Shown: one piece after another, positions 1 to 9,179 of the stretch | How the letters are laid out: the number at the start of each line of letters is the position of its first letter | Position numbering within the stretch: the stretch's first letter is position 1 | From: an uncultured Spirochaetota bacterium | GTDB taxonomy: Bacteria; Spirochaetota; Spirochaetia; SZUA-6; Fen-1364 | Direction of reading: 5' to 3' | DNA: 64,000 bases | Assembly: GCA_963845535.1 (NCBI GenBank) | Contig: CAWJSK010000011.1 | Span: 1-64,000 of the forward strand | The notes under the pieces: model-generated | What the model was told of the DNA's origin: nothing | Seen by the model: only the letters and a program-made list of their open reading frames with translations | Database searches by the model: none | Program-made: the position numbers and the translations under genes

Positions 1-34
1 TCCGAATCCCTCGCCGCCCATACAGGATTCACGA

Positions 35-391
35 CTATCCAAGGCCAAGGCTTGCGGTGATTCGTGACCACCAGTTGCTCGAGGAGCTCGTAAGGATGCC
101 GAAGGTGAGAGTTGCGGCAGCCACTTTCCCGTTCGGACCAATCACAAATTGATATGTACCTATCGGACCGACATGCTGCGGCTCCTGTACAAAATCATAA
201 ACCAGGCGGCCATGGTTTGTCGTCGAAGTATAGCTGGGTTCGCCGAGCGCTTTGACCACCTGAGTGGCGGGCTTGCCGACCCATTGCTGAACGGGCCGGA
301 TGAGTCTTACACTCTGCTCCACGGCAAAAGCGGATGCACCAAAGCCAATCAGCATAGCGGCTGACAGAAAGAATACGGCAACAGCTTTCAT
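35..391 (-). CDS. hypothetical exported protein
   Basis: 118 aa ORF with signal-peptide-like N-terminus (MKAVAVFFLSAAMLIGFGASAFA) and SD GGAG upstream. Confidence 0.55.
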   Translation of the reverse strand: MKAVAVFFLSAAMLIGFGASAFAVEQSVRLIRPVQQWVGKPATQVVKALGEPSYTSTTNHGRLVYDFVQEPQHVGPIGTYQFVIGPNGKVAAATLTFGILTSSSSNWWSRITASLGLG

Positions 392-534
392 AAAGCTCTC
401 CTTCCAAGAATCCGAACCAATCTATTTTCCTATACGTGTCTCTCCGAGGCTTGGGTGCCGAAGAAGCCCTATTTTAAGAAAATTTAAACTGGCGGCAATC
501 GAATTGAAACCGCGCTTTTCGCATGCTGAATCTG

Positions 535-630
535 ATGAAGAACCCCATCACGGTTCTGGTCGTCGACGATGATCTGAGCCTCCGCGGGCTGATCCGCAAG
601 ATCCTTCCGCTCGCGGTCGCCCGCCGATTC
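535..630 (+). pseudogene. truncated response-regulator receiver domain fragment
   Basis: MKNPITVLVVDDDLSLRGLIRKIL matches receiver beta1-alpha1; similarity ends where the convergent DinB gene ends. Confidence 0.45.
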
Positions 631-1147
631 ACCCGAGCGAACGCATCAGCATCGAAATGCGCGCCAGATGGTGGTCATCGTGCTCGGCGACAAACAACAC
701 GTGGTCGATGAGCCTCATCGGTGTGTTCAGTCGCGGGTGAAGGGCCGTTTTCGAGTAGGCGGTCCCGTCGAGCGCTTCCAGCGTCTTGACCAATTGGCCG
801 CGCGCGGAGTGGAACGAGGAGAGAATACTCTCCAGGGGACGGTTGTTGTGTCCAGCCTCGTGGGTCTTGCGGTTGGTAAGGTCCGCGACCTGCAGTCTCT
901 CCTTTCCCTGGATGAAATCCTCTACCCGCGCGGCCCACAGCGGCTCCAGATCGAGCAGATGGCCGGCATTCTCCATGATCGACCAGTCTTCGCCATCTTT
1001 TCGGACCAACAGGCCCCGTGGCAGTGACCCGAGCCGCTCTGAAAGCCGGGCCGGGGTCCCCCGAAGACGCTCGAGAATATTCGGGAACAGGCCGTCAGGC
1101 ACATCGAACTTGAATGCTCGCTCAAACCACGGAATGAGCTCAGGCAT
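629..1147 (-). CDS. DinB family protein
   Basis: WSIMENAGHLLD and FVAEHDDHHLARI His motifs; 172 aa; SD AGGAG upstream. Confidence 0.85.
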   Translation of the reverse strand: MPELIPWFERAFKFDVPDGLFPNILERLRGTPARLSERLGSLPRGLLVRKDGEDWSIMENAGHLLDLEPLWAARVEDFIQGKERLQVADLTNRKTHEAGHNNRPLESILSSFHSARGQLVKTLEALDGTAYSKTALHPRLNTPMRLIDHVLFVAEHDDHHLARISMLMRSLG

Positions 1148-1180
1148 GCATAGTCTCCTTTCTTTCCGCTGAGATCGTAT

Positions 1181-1202
1181 AAAGAAATAGATCTATTTCT
1201 TT
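1181..1202. promoter_or_regulatory. perfect 22-bp palindrome, candidate operator between divergent dinB and KS genes
   Basis: AAAGAAATAGATCTATTTCTTT is its own reverse complement. Confidence 0.5.
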
Positions 1203-1281
1203 TGTTAGTATCCAAAATATCCATTTTTGTTGACAAACTTCCCCTTGTGCCTCTTGGCCAAAAAGACTATGGTGCATAACG

Positions 1282-2586
1282 ATGAAAAGGCGCGTTGTTA
1301 TCACCGGAATGGGGACCATCAACCCCCTCGGTGATACTCTTGAAGGATACTACAGCAACTTGATCAAGGGCACTTCGGGGATCAAACGCTGGCACTCCCT
1401 GGACATGAGCAGAATCGAGTGCAAGATCGGCGGTGACCTGGGGGACTATGACTGCAATGCGGCCCTTGCGCGCTACGAGGAGCTGCTGGGGCCCCTGGTT
1501 TACAAGAAAGTCAGGAAGATTTTCCGATCAACCACTTTCTCCGCAAAGGCATCCGTCCTTTGCACGTTGGCCGCCTGGGCGGACGCCGGGCTTTTCCGGG
1601 CGGGAACTGATTCCCGCGGGCCAAGCGTGGATCCCTACCGCACCAGCGTCATTGTGGGCGGCCACAACCTGAACTCGAATTATATCCATGAGAACTCCAA
1701 GAAGTTTCTCAATGATGAGGAATCGGTGGACGTTTTAAGCGGCGTGGAGGCAATCGACCCGAACGTTCCCGCGCTCCTCACGGAAGTCCTGGGGCTGCAC
1801 GGTCCGACGTTTACGATTGGGGGGGCCTGCGCAAGCGGAAACCTCGCCCTCCGCGAAGGTGTCCGTGACATCCAGACCGGGGAGTCGGACGCCGCGGTGA
1901 TTGCCGGAGGCCTTTTCGACGTGTCCCCCGGGGACATCCAGGCTTCCGTCATCATCAATGCGGTGGTCGTGAAGCCCGAATACCAGGACCGGCCCGAAAA
2001 AGCCTCCCGCCCTTTCGACTCCTCCCGCGCAGGGTTCGTTTACTCGCACGGGGCCGGGACGCTGATGCTGGAAGAGCTGGATCACGCCCTTTCGCGCGGC
2101 GCCCGTATCTACGGTGAAGTCCTGGGCGTTCGCGCCAATGCAAACGCGTGCCACCTGCCGGCCCCCGCCGCTGACGTCCAGAGCCGTTTGATCAAGGAGC
2201 TGCTTGCATCCACGGGCACGGATCCCTCGGAGGTCGACTACGCAAGCTGCCATGCCACGGGCACACCGGGCGGGGACCTCGAAGAGATCCAGGCCATCAA
2301 GACCGCGTTCGGCGGCCACGCGTACAAGATGAAGCTGAACGCAGCCAAGTCGATGCTGGGGCACACCTGCTGGGCGTCTCCCATCGTGGAAACCATTGCC
2401 GGTCTCCTGGAAATGAAGCACGGGACGCTGCATCCCACCATCAATATCGAGCACCAGGACCCGCGCGTGGACTTGGACGTGTGCGCAACGGGCCCGGTGG
2501 ACCACCACATCCGTTACATGCTGAAGAACTCCTTCGGCTTCGGCGGAATCAACGCGTGCAGCCTGATCCGCCGCTACGAGGGATAA
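1282..2586 (+). CDS. stand-alone beta-ketoacyl-ACP synthase (PksF/FabF-like)
   Basis: RRVVITGMG, TIGGACASG (active-site Cys), HATGT, KSMLGH, NSFGFGGIN. Confidence 0.9.
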   Translation: MKRRVVITGMGTINPLGDTLEGYYSNLIKGTSGIKRWHSLDMSRIECKIGGDLGDYDCNAALARYEELLGPLVYKKVRKIFRSTTFSAKASVLCTLAAWADAGLFRAGTDSRGPSVDPYRTSVIVGGHNLNSNYIHENSKKFLNDEESVDVLSGVEAIDPNVPALLTEVLGLHGPTFTIGGACASGNLALREGVRDIQTGESDAAVIAGGLFDVSPGDIQASVIINAVVVKPEYQDRPEKASRPFDSSRAGFVYSHGAGTLMLEELDHALSRGARIYGEVLGVRANANACHLPAPAADVQSRLIKELLASTGTDPSEVDYASCHATGTPGGDLEEIQAIKTAFGGHAYKMKLNAAKSMLGHTCWASPIVETIAGLLEMKHGTLHPTINIEHQDPRVDLDVCATGPVDHHIRYMLKNSFGFGGINACSLIRRYEG

Positions 2587-2597
2587 GAGGGACCGGG

Positions 2598-3353
2598 ATG
2601 GAGAAAAATGGGGCAGCCGCCTTCGTGACCGGCGGCTCGCGCGGGATTGGCAGGTCCATTGTGACACGCCTCGTGAGGGACGGGATTCCGACCGCGTTCA
2701 CGTACGTGGGCAACGAGCAAGCAATGAAAGAGACGCTGCGCCTTGCCGCCGCCGCCAACCCGGACGTCGAGACGCGCGCCTACAAGATGGACGTGAGGAA
2801 TGCCGCCGAAGTGGAGAACGTCGCGGAGAAGGTCATGGAAGACTTCCCGGGTGTCGGCGTCATTGTGAACAACGCCGGCGTCATCCAGAACAACGTGGCG
2901 GCCATGATGACGGACGAACAGTGGCACGAGGTGATTGCCACGGACCTCTCGGGGCCGTTCTTCGTGATCCGAAGCTTCCTCACGCACATGATGAGCAGGC
3001 GGTGGGGGCGGATCATCAACATCTCCTCCCTTGCCCAGGAAGGCTCCAGCGGCCAGGCCAACTACGCCGCGGCAAAAGCCGGGCTCATTGGCCTGACAAA
3101 GACGCTGGCTCGGGAATACGGTCCGCGCGGCATCACCTCCAATGTCGTGACGGTGGGGTACGTGGAGACGGATATGACGGACGCGCACATGGCCCAGAAG
3201 CTCCACGATATCTGGCTCGAATACTGTCCCATCAAGCGGATCGGGAGCGCGGAGGAGATCTCGAGCCTGGTGAGCTACCTTGCAGGGAATGAAGCGGGCT
3301 TCATCAACGGAGAGGTCATCCGCGTCGCGGGAGGGCTCAGCTATGTGCCATAG
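2598..3353 (+). CDS. fabG: 3-oxoacyl-ACP reductase (FabG-like SDR)
   Basis: TGGSRGIG, NNAG, GQANYAAAKAG; start reassigned to ATG 2598. Confidence 0.88.
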   Translation: MEKNGAAAFVTGGSRGIGRSIVTRLVRDGIPTAFTYVGNEQAMKETLRLAAAANPDVETRAYKMDVRNAAEVENVAEKVMEDFPGVGVIVNNAGVIQNNVAAMMTDEQWHEVIATDLSGPFFVIRSFLTHMMSRRWGRIINISSLAQEGSSGQANYAAAKAGLIGLTKTLAREYGPRGITSNVVTVGYVETDMTDAHMAQKLHDIWLEYCPIKRIGSAEEISSLVSYLAGNEAGFINGEVIRVAGGLSYVP

Positions 3354-3362
3354 GGGTGCGCA

Positions 3363-4598
3363 ATGAGACGAATCGGCATCGAGAAGATCAACCTCTACGG
3401 ATCTTCCCTCTTCCTTGACCAGAGAAAGCTCGCGCTGGCTCGGGACCGTGACCCGCAGAAGGTGGTTGCGGATTTCCTGATCGACACGCGTTCGCTCAAC
3501 CCGCTCTATGAGGACACCGTCACCATGGGAGCCAACGCCGCCGCCCCTCTCCTTGCGGATGAGGACAGGGACAGCATTGGGCTCCTGGTGGTCGGCACGG
3601 AAAGCAGCGTTGATTTCGGCAAGCCCATCAGCACCAACCTTCACGGCGCTCTCTGCCTTCCCTCGAACGTGCGAAACTTCGAGACCAAGCACGCCTGCTA
3701 CAGCGGGGTTGCGGCCCTGGATACGGCCCTGAACTGGCTGGCCGCCGGCCTGAACAGGGGCCGCAAGGCGCTCGTCATATCCACGGATTCCTCCCGCATG
3801 CACCTTCACGCGAAAGAGGAGTTTGTGCTGGGCGGAGTTGCCTCGGCCGTCCTTCTGAGCGATTCGCCGAAGGTCATCGAGTACGATCTGTCCTGGAGGG
3901 GCACGTGGACCACGGACGTGTATGACACGTTCCGGCCCAGCGCCCGGCGCGAGATGGGCAATAACGAGGTCAGCCTTTACAGCTATCTCGACGCGCTCGA
4001 GGGGGCGTACAACGACTACGTGGCTGCGCGCCGAAACGGGGATGGCTCGGACTTTGACCGCTTTTTTGCTCAGAACTGCTACCACACCCCTTTCCCCGGA
4101 ATGGCTTTCCAGGCTCACCGCACCTTGTGCAACCTGGTGAATCCCCGGTCCAAGGCGGAGATCCAGGAGAGCTTTACACAGAAGGTCCTTCCGTCCCTCC
4201 GCTATGCCCGCCGGGTGGGCTCGACATACGGGGCAAGCAATTTCCTCGGGATCTGCGGAATAGCGGCCTGTCCCACGGGGATCAAGCCCGGGGAACGGAT
4301 CAGCTTCTTTTCCTACGGCTCCGGGGCAATAGGGGAGTTCTACAGCGGGGTGCTTTGCCCGCAAGCCTATGATGAAGTGACCAAGATGGGGATCGACGCC
4401 GCGCTGGACGACCGCTCGGAGGTCAGCGTGGCGGAGTACGAAGAGATCGAGAAGCGGCGCGAATCCTGCATTGAGAAAGATACCTACGCGCCTGATTTTT
4501 CGCTTCCCGCGGGCTGGTTTGAGAAACACTACCTCGGGAAGAAGAAGCTCGTTCTCCGTCAGATCAAGGATTTCTACCGAACCTACGAGTGGAGCTAG
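3363..4598 (+). CDS. HMG-CoA/HMG-ACP synthase, beta-branching (PksG-like)
   Basis: GTESSVDFGK, FETKHACYSG, YHTPFPGM, FSYGSG, C-terminal FYRTYEWS. Confidence 0.92.
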   Translation: MRRIGIEKINLYGSSLFLDQRKLALARDRDPQKVVADFLIDTRSLNPLYEDTVTMGANAAAPLLADEDRDSIGLLVVGTESSVDFGKPISTNLHGALCLPSNVRNFETKHACYSGVAALDTALNWLAAGLNRGRKALVISTDSSRMHLHAKEEFVLGGVASAVLLSDSPKVIEYDLSWRGTWTTDVYDTFRPSARREMGNNEVSLYSYLDALEGAYNDYVAARRNGDGSDFDRFFAQNCYHTPFPGMAFQAHRTLCNLVNPRSKAEIQESFTQKVLPSLRYARRVGSTYGASNFLGICGIAACPTGIKPGERISFFSYGSGAIGEFYSGVLCPQAYDEVTKMGIDAALDDRSEVSVAEYEEIEKRRESCIEKDTYAPDFSLPAGWFEKHYLGKKKLVLRQIKDFYRTYEWS

Positions 4599-4601
4599 AC
4601 G

Positions 4602-5447
4602 GTGGCGCGAGTGGAGCAGTACGTGGACTGCCACGTGGCCGTGATCACGTTGAGTGACGGGTCGCATGGCAACCTCCTTGGACCCGAAACCCTGGCAGAG
4701 CTTGCCGCCGCAATCGACCGCTCAGGCGCAGACCAAGGGGTTCGGGCCGTCCTGCTGCGCTCCAACGGGCCTTCGTTCTGTCTCGGAATGGACCTGGGAC
4801 GGCTTGCCGCTGCTTCCCCGGGGGAGGCTGACGCGGAGGCGCGCGGGGCGGTCTCCCTCTACGCGGACGTTCTCTATGGAATATTCTCATCCCCGCTTCC
4901 CTTCGTCTGCCTCCTTCAGGGTGACGTCAAAGCAGGCGGGGTCGGGTTGGCCTGCGCGTGCGACATCGTTGTAGCCACTCCTGATGCCACCTTCGAGATG
5001 GCGGAAGTCCTTTTCGGCCTGATCCCGGCCAACGTGCTGCCCTATCTGCTCGCTCTTCGCGTTCCTGCCCAGAAGGTGCGCTACCTCGTCATGAGCTCGA
5101 AGAAGCTGGATGCCGGGGAAGCGTTGCGGCTGAATCTCGTGGATGAGCTTGTTTCCGCTGATCGTGCGGAGAAAAAAGCGCGGGAGGTGATGAAACGCCT
5201 CCTGCGTTCGAAGCCCGGGGCGCTTGCGGAGGTGAAAGCGTTCACCTCCGAGCTGATGGGAAAAACGCCTCGCGAGGCCGGAGTGATTGCCCGACAGAAG
5301 CTTCTCGGGATGCTGCGGGACCAATCAGTTTCCGCCGGCATCAAAGCGTTCCAGAACGGGGACCTTCCTGCCTGGTCCGCCCAGTTTCGGCCGCAGGCCC
5401 CGCTTTCCCTCGACGTCCCGGAAAAACCCGCGGAGGCCCGTCCGTGA
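4602..5447 (+). CDS. enoyl-CoA hydratase, beta-branching dehydratase ECH1 (PksH-like)
   Basis: FCLGMDL, AGGVGLACACD, EVLFGLIPANV; follows HMG synthase. Confidence 0.85.
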   Translation: MARVEQYVDCHVAVITLSDGSHGNLLGPETLAELAAAIDRSGADQGVRAVLLRSNGPSFCLGMDLGRLAAASPGEADAEARGAVSLYADVLYGIFSSPLPFVCLLQGDVKAGGVGLACACDIVVATPDATFEMAEVLFGLIPANVLPYLLALRVPAQKVRYLVMSSKKLDAGEALRLNLVDELVSADRAEKKAREVMKRLLRSKPGALAEVKAFTSELMGKTPREAGVIARQKLLGMLRDQSVSAGIKAFQNGDLPAWSAQFRPQAPLSLDVPEKPAEARP

Positions 5448-6190
5448 GCTCGATGAAGATAAGGCGTGAACCTTCGGGGATCACGTGGCTTGTGATGGAC
5501 GACCAGAAAGGCCGCAACGTCTTCTCCCACCGGTTCGTGGAGGACTTCCTGGCCGCGCTGAAAGCGGTGGAGGAGCAGGGCGGCACCAAGGTCCTGGTGG
5601 TCCAGGGCAGGGAAGACGTTTTCTGCGGCGGGGCGGAGAAGCAGGCCCTGCTGGATCTCTGCGACGGCAAGGCGGCCGTGATCGACCTCGTGATCTGCGA
5701 GCGCCTCCTGGAGACCCCGTTTCCGGTGATTGCGGCCATGGAAGGGCACGGGATCGGGGGCGGCCTTGCCATGGCCTTGTGTTGCGACCTGGTCATAGCC
5801 GCGCGGGAGAGCCGCTACGGCGCCGTGTTCATGAACATGGGGTTCACGCCGGGCATGGGATGCTCAGTCCTGCTTGCGGACCTCGTCGGGCCGTTCCTTG
5901 CTTCCGAGATGCTTTTCACCGGCAAGAGGTTCCGCGGCAGCGAGCTGGCGGGAAGGGCGACAAACATCAACTACATCCTTCCCCGCGCGGAAGTGCTCGA
6001 AAAAGCGCGGGACGTCGCCGAGCAGATCGCGGAGAAGGACATTCGCTCCATCGCCCTGCTCAAGCAGGCCTTGGGCGCGCGCAAGAAGAAGCTCCTCGTG
6101 GAAGCGCGGCTGCAGGAAGACATGATGCACCGGATAAGTTTTTCATTTCCCGAGACTCGGCGTACAATCGAAGAGCAGTATCCAGAGTAG
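5444..6190 (+). CDS. enoyl-CoA hydratase-fold decarboxylase ECH2 (PksI-like)
   Basis: MEGHGIGGG, FMNMGFTPGMG, C-terminal MHRISF His; GTGA overlap with ECH1. Confidence 0.88.
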   Translation: MSSMKIRREPSGITWLVMDDQKGRNVFSHRFVEDFLAALKAVEEQGGTKVLVVQGREDVFCGGAEKQALLDLCDGKAAVIDLVICERLLETPFPVIAAMEGHGIGGGLAMALCCDLVIAARESRYGAVFMNMGFTPGMGCSVLLADLVGPFLASEMLFTGKRFRGSELAGRATNINYILPRAEVLEKARDVAEQIAEKDIRSIALLKQALGARKKKLLVEARLQEDMMHRISFSFPETRRTIEEQYPE

Positions 6191-6240
6191 AGCCCAGGTT
6201 AGAACGGAAGAACTCAAGAGGAGAAAAGGGAGGTCCCGAC

Positions 6241-7074
6241 ATGGTCGGTGTGGATTTGCGCGGGAAGACCGCCCTCATCACCGGGGGCACGAAGGGAATC
6301 GGCCTTGCATCCGCTCGCGCGCTCGCGGAGGCGGGGGCGCAGGTTCTTCTGACGTACAAGTGGGGAAGCTCGGATCTTGACGAGCTGGCTGAATCCTTCA
6401 CGAGGGCCGGCGCTCTTCGGCCCGGCTTTTTCCCGGCGGATGCCTCCGTCGAGGAGGACACCGTCAGGCTGATGGAAGAGGTGGCCGGCTCCGCCTTCCT
6501 CACCGGCGCGGCGAAGAAGATCGATATTTTCGTCAGCAACGTGAGCTTCGCGCTTCGCACGATGACCCTCGCGGACTACAAGAAAAGGTCCCTTTTCAAG
6601 ACCCTGGAGTACAGCACGTGGCCCCTGGTGGATTACACGCGGCGCATCAAGGCCCGGTTCGGAAGCTATCCCAGGTACGTCCTGGGGATCTCCAGCGACG
6701 GCCCGGACCACTATTACCGCGGGTACGACTTTGTTGCCGCCTCCAAGGCGCTCCTGGAGTTCTTCAGCCGCTACCTTGCAGCGCACCTGTTCGAGGAAGG
6801 GTCGCGGGTGAACGTCCTGCGCTTCGGGACCGTCAACACCGAATCCTTCCGGGCGGTTTTCGGGCAGGGATTCTTCTCTTTCATGGAGAAAAACGGCGTG
6901 CCCCGGGAGGCCATTCTCACCCCGGAGGCGTGCGGCAGGACGGTGCTGGCCATGTGCAGCGGGCTTTTTGACGCCGTCAACGGCCAGATCATCAGCGTTG
7001 ACTACGGGCTTCCCTTCAAGGATAATTCGATGATGAGATATTTATCGCAGGAAAGCGAAAGGAGTGCGCAATGA
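6241..7074 (+). CDS. enoyl-ACP reductase (FabI/FabL-like SDR)
   Basis: TGGTKGIG and Y-x6-K motif YDFVAASK; start ATG 6241 after GGAGG. Confidence 0.75.
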   Translation: MVGVDLRGKTALITGGTKGIGLASARALAEAGAQVLLTYKWGSSDLDELAESFTRAGALRPGFFPADASVEEDTVRLMEEVAGSAFLTGAAKKIDIFVSNVSFALRTMTLADYKKRSLFKTLEYSTWPLVDYTRRIKARFGSYPRYVLGISSDGPDHYYRGYDFVAASKALLEFFSRYLAAHLFEEGSRVNVLRFGTVNTESFRAVFGQGFFSFMEKNGVPREAILTPEACGRTVLAMCSGLFDAVNGQIISVDYGLPFKDNSMMRYLSQESERSAQ

Positions 7075-7325
7075 CCAGGGAGCAGATCATGGACGTAATC
7101 AAGAAAAACATCGTCGCGAACATCGACGACATCGATGGCGCGACCATTGATCCTGCCAAGTCCATGAAAGATTACGGGGCGAACAGCCTGGATATGATCG
7201 AAGTGGTTTCCACCACCATGCGTGAGCTGAAGATCAAGGTGCCCCGCTCCGAGTTGACCGACATCAATAACATCGAGCAGCTTGCAGACAAGTTCATGGA
7301 ATACGTGAACAAAGACAATGCATGA
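7071..7325 (+). CDS. acyl carrier protein (AcpK-like donor ACP)
   Basis: YGANSLD with Ppant Ser; KIKVPRSEL..INNIEQLA resembles AcpK. Confidence 0.9.
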   Translation: MTREQIMDVIKKNIVANIDDIDGATIDPAKSMKDYGANSLDMIEVVSTTMRELKIKVPRSELTDINNIEQLADKFMEYVNKDNA

Positions 7326-8574
7326 CAAAGCACTGAGCTTCAGCCTGGCGGACTTTTTTTTCAACGACAACCCCGACGTCCTTACTCCGCCCACCGACTA
7401 CCTGGACTGGATCCAGCACCCGAAAATCCAGGCCGCAATGCAATTCTTCGGGCAGCAGTTCGTGACGGCGCCGCGGGCGGAGGCGGAGGTCCTTGACACT
7501 TCCGGCGGCCGCCGCAAGGTCATCAACATGACCTCCTACAACTACCTGGGCCTGTCCTCCCACCCGGAGGTCATCAAGGCGGCACAGGAAGCGCTGGCCA
7601 TCTACGGGCTCGGCGCAAGCGGCGCTCCCCTGCTCTCGGGGACCTTCGACCTGCACGTGGAGTTCGCGCGCAGGCTCGCGGAGTTCAAGCAGAAAGAAGA
7701 CTGTCTCTTGTACTCCAGCGGTCTGGGCGGCAACCTGGGCGCCATGCAGGGCCTGCTCAGGAAGGGCGACATCCTGATCATGGATGAAAGGTGCCACAAG
7801 AGCCTGATCGATGGCGGCACGCTCTCCGGGGCAAAAATGCTCTTCTTCTCCCACAACGACATGAAGTCCCTGGAAGCCATGCTGGAGAAAAGCAAGGGCA
7901 AGCGGGTCCTCATCGCGGTCGAAGGGGTCTATTCCATGGATGGAGACCTGGCCCGGCTGCCGGAGATCGTGAAGCTTGCGGAGCAATACAAGGCCGCCAC
8001 CTATATCGACGAGGCCCACTCCACGCTCATGTTCGGCCCGAACGGGCGTGGAGTGGCGGAGCACTTCGGGGTGGAGGAAAAGATCGGCGTGAGCTTCGGC
8101 ACGCTCAGCAAGTCATTCGGAGGAGTGGGGGGGTTCGTCTGCTCGAACGCGGCAATCATCAACTACCTCAAGGGGTACTCCTCCCCCTGGAACTTCTCCT
8201 GCGCGCCTTCCCCCGCCATCGTGGCTGGGCTCATGAAGGCCCTGGAGATTGCCACGCGGGATTCCTCGCTTCGGGACAAGCTCTGGGCCAACACGGCGTA
8301 CCTCAAGAAAGGTCTCCTCGACCTCAAGCTCAACCTCGGGGGGAGCGAATCCCAGGTCATTCCGATCATCATCGGGGCGTCAGGGGAAAAGCTCATGATG
8401 TTCGCGGCGGAGATCCAGAAGCGGGGGCTCTTCCTCCAGCCCGTGGATTTCCCCGCCGTGCCCGCGGATGCCCGAAGGTTCCGCATCTCCGTGTCCACGC
8501 AGTTCACGAAGGAGCTGATGGATAAAGCCCTCAACATCATTGAAGACGTTGTCGCGAGGGGTCTGCGGAACTAG
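7318..8574 (+). CDS. PLP-dependent alpha-oxoamine synthase (serine palmitoyltransferase/BioF family)
   Basis: SYNYLGL, EGVYSMDGD, DEAHS, GTLSKS (PLP Lys), FPAVP..RFR. Confidence 0.9.
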   Translation: MHDKALSFSLADFFFNDNPDVLTPPTDYLDWIQHPKIQAAMQFFGQQFVTAPRAEAEVLDTSGGRRKVINMTSYNYLGLSSHPEVIKAAQEALAIYGLGASGAPLLSGTFDLHVEFARRLAEFKQKEDCLLYSSGLGGNLGAMQGLLRKGDILIMDERCHKSLIDGGTLSGAKMLFFSHNDMKSLEAMLEKSKGKRVLIAVEGVYSMDGDLARLPEIVKLAEQYKAATYIDEAHSTLMFGPNGRGVAEHFGVEEKIGVSFGTLSKSFGGVGGFVCSNAAIINYLKGYSSPWNFSCAPSPAIVAGLMKALEIATRDSSLRDKLWANTAYLKKGLLDLKLNLGGSESQVIPIIIGASGEKLMMFAAEIQKRGLFLQPVDFPAVPADARRFRISVSTQFTKELMDKALNIIEDVVARGLRN

Positions 8575-8595
8575 CATGTGCGCCGGCGCTGATCC

Positions 8596-9141
8596 ATGAT
8601 TGACTACCAGGAACTGCTGAAGCGAAACCGCAAAAAGCCGCTTTCAGCGCCGGAAAGCTTCACGGCCCTTGATTGGGGCAGGGAGGAGATCAAGCTCATC
8701 CTGCCCCACAGGGATCCATTTCTTCTTCTTGACAGGCTTACAGGAGTCAATTTCCCGGAAGAGTCCCTGTCCGGGTCGCGCGCGCTTTCCCCCGAGGACC
8801 CGATCTTTGCAGGTCATTTCCCGGAGTTCCCCGTGTATCCGGGATGCCTCGAAGTGGAAATGATCGGCCAGCTTGGGCTGTGCCTGAGCTATTTTCTGCG
8901 GGAGCGGACCACCACGCCGCCCTCGCGGACGGTGGCGCTCAATGTGCGCGCCTCGAGGATCCTCGGCGCCACCTACCTGGAGCCCGTGCTTCCGGGAAAG
9001 GAAGTCAGGCTGCTTGCCCGCAAGCTGGAGGCTGACGAGTACTTTGCCAGCGTGCTGGGCCAGGTGTTGGTGGATGAGAAAGTGGCATGCGTGGCCGTCT
9101 TGGAGGTCTGCTTCGTAGAAGAACCCGTAGGACCCGTCTGA
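8596..9141 (+). CDS. beta-hydroxyacyl-ACP dehydratase (FabZ-like hotdog)
   Basis: LPHRDPFLLLD, FAGHFPEFPVYPGCLEVE. Confidence 0.85.
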   Translation: MIDYQELLKRNRKKPLSAPESFTALDWGREEIKLILPHRDPFLLLDRLTGVNFPEESLSGSRALSPEDPIFAGHFPEFPVYPGCLEVEMIGQLGLCLSYFLRERTTTPPSRTVALNVRASRILGATYLEPVLPGKEVRLLARKLEADEYFASVLGQVLVDEKVACVAVLEVCFVEEPVGPV

Positions 9142-9179
9142 TCAGGACGGGCGCTTAAAGCACCCGCCCTGGAAAACCG

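Noticed and set aside
3363..4598. HMG-CoA synthase as a mevalonate pathway gene
   Set aside because: No HMG-CoA reductase or mevalonate kinases nearby; motifs and ECH1/ECH2/ACP neighbours indicate the PksG type
2574..4667. 697-aa antisense ORF, and similar long ones at 49301-51259, 55418-56683 and 19228-20475
   Set aside because: Shadow ORFs opposite well-supported genes; expected from GC-rich codon bias; no recognisable motifs
5485..6240. N-terminal extension making a 529-aa reductase
   Set aside because: Overlaps ECH2 in another frame; the real start is ATG 6241 with an SD
7318..8574. bioF (biotin synthesis)
   Set aside because: No bioA/B/D nearby and the motifs are more SPT-like; symbol withheld
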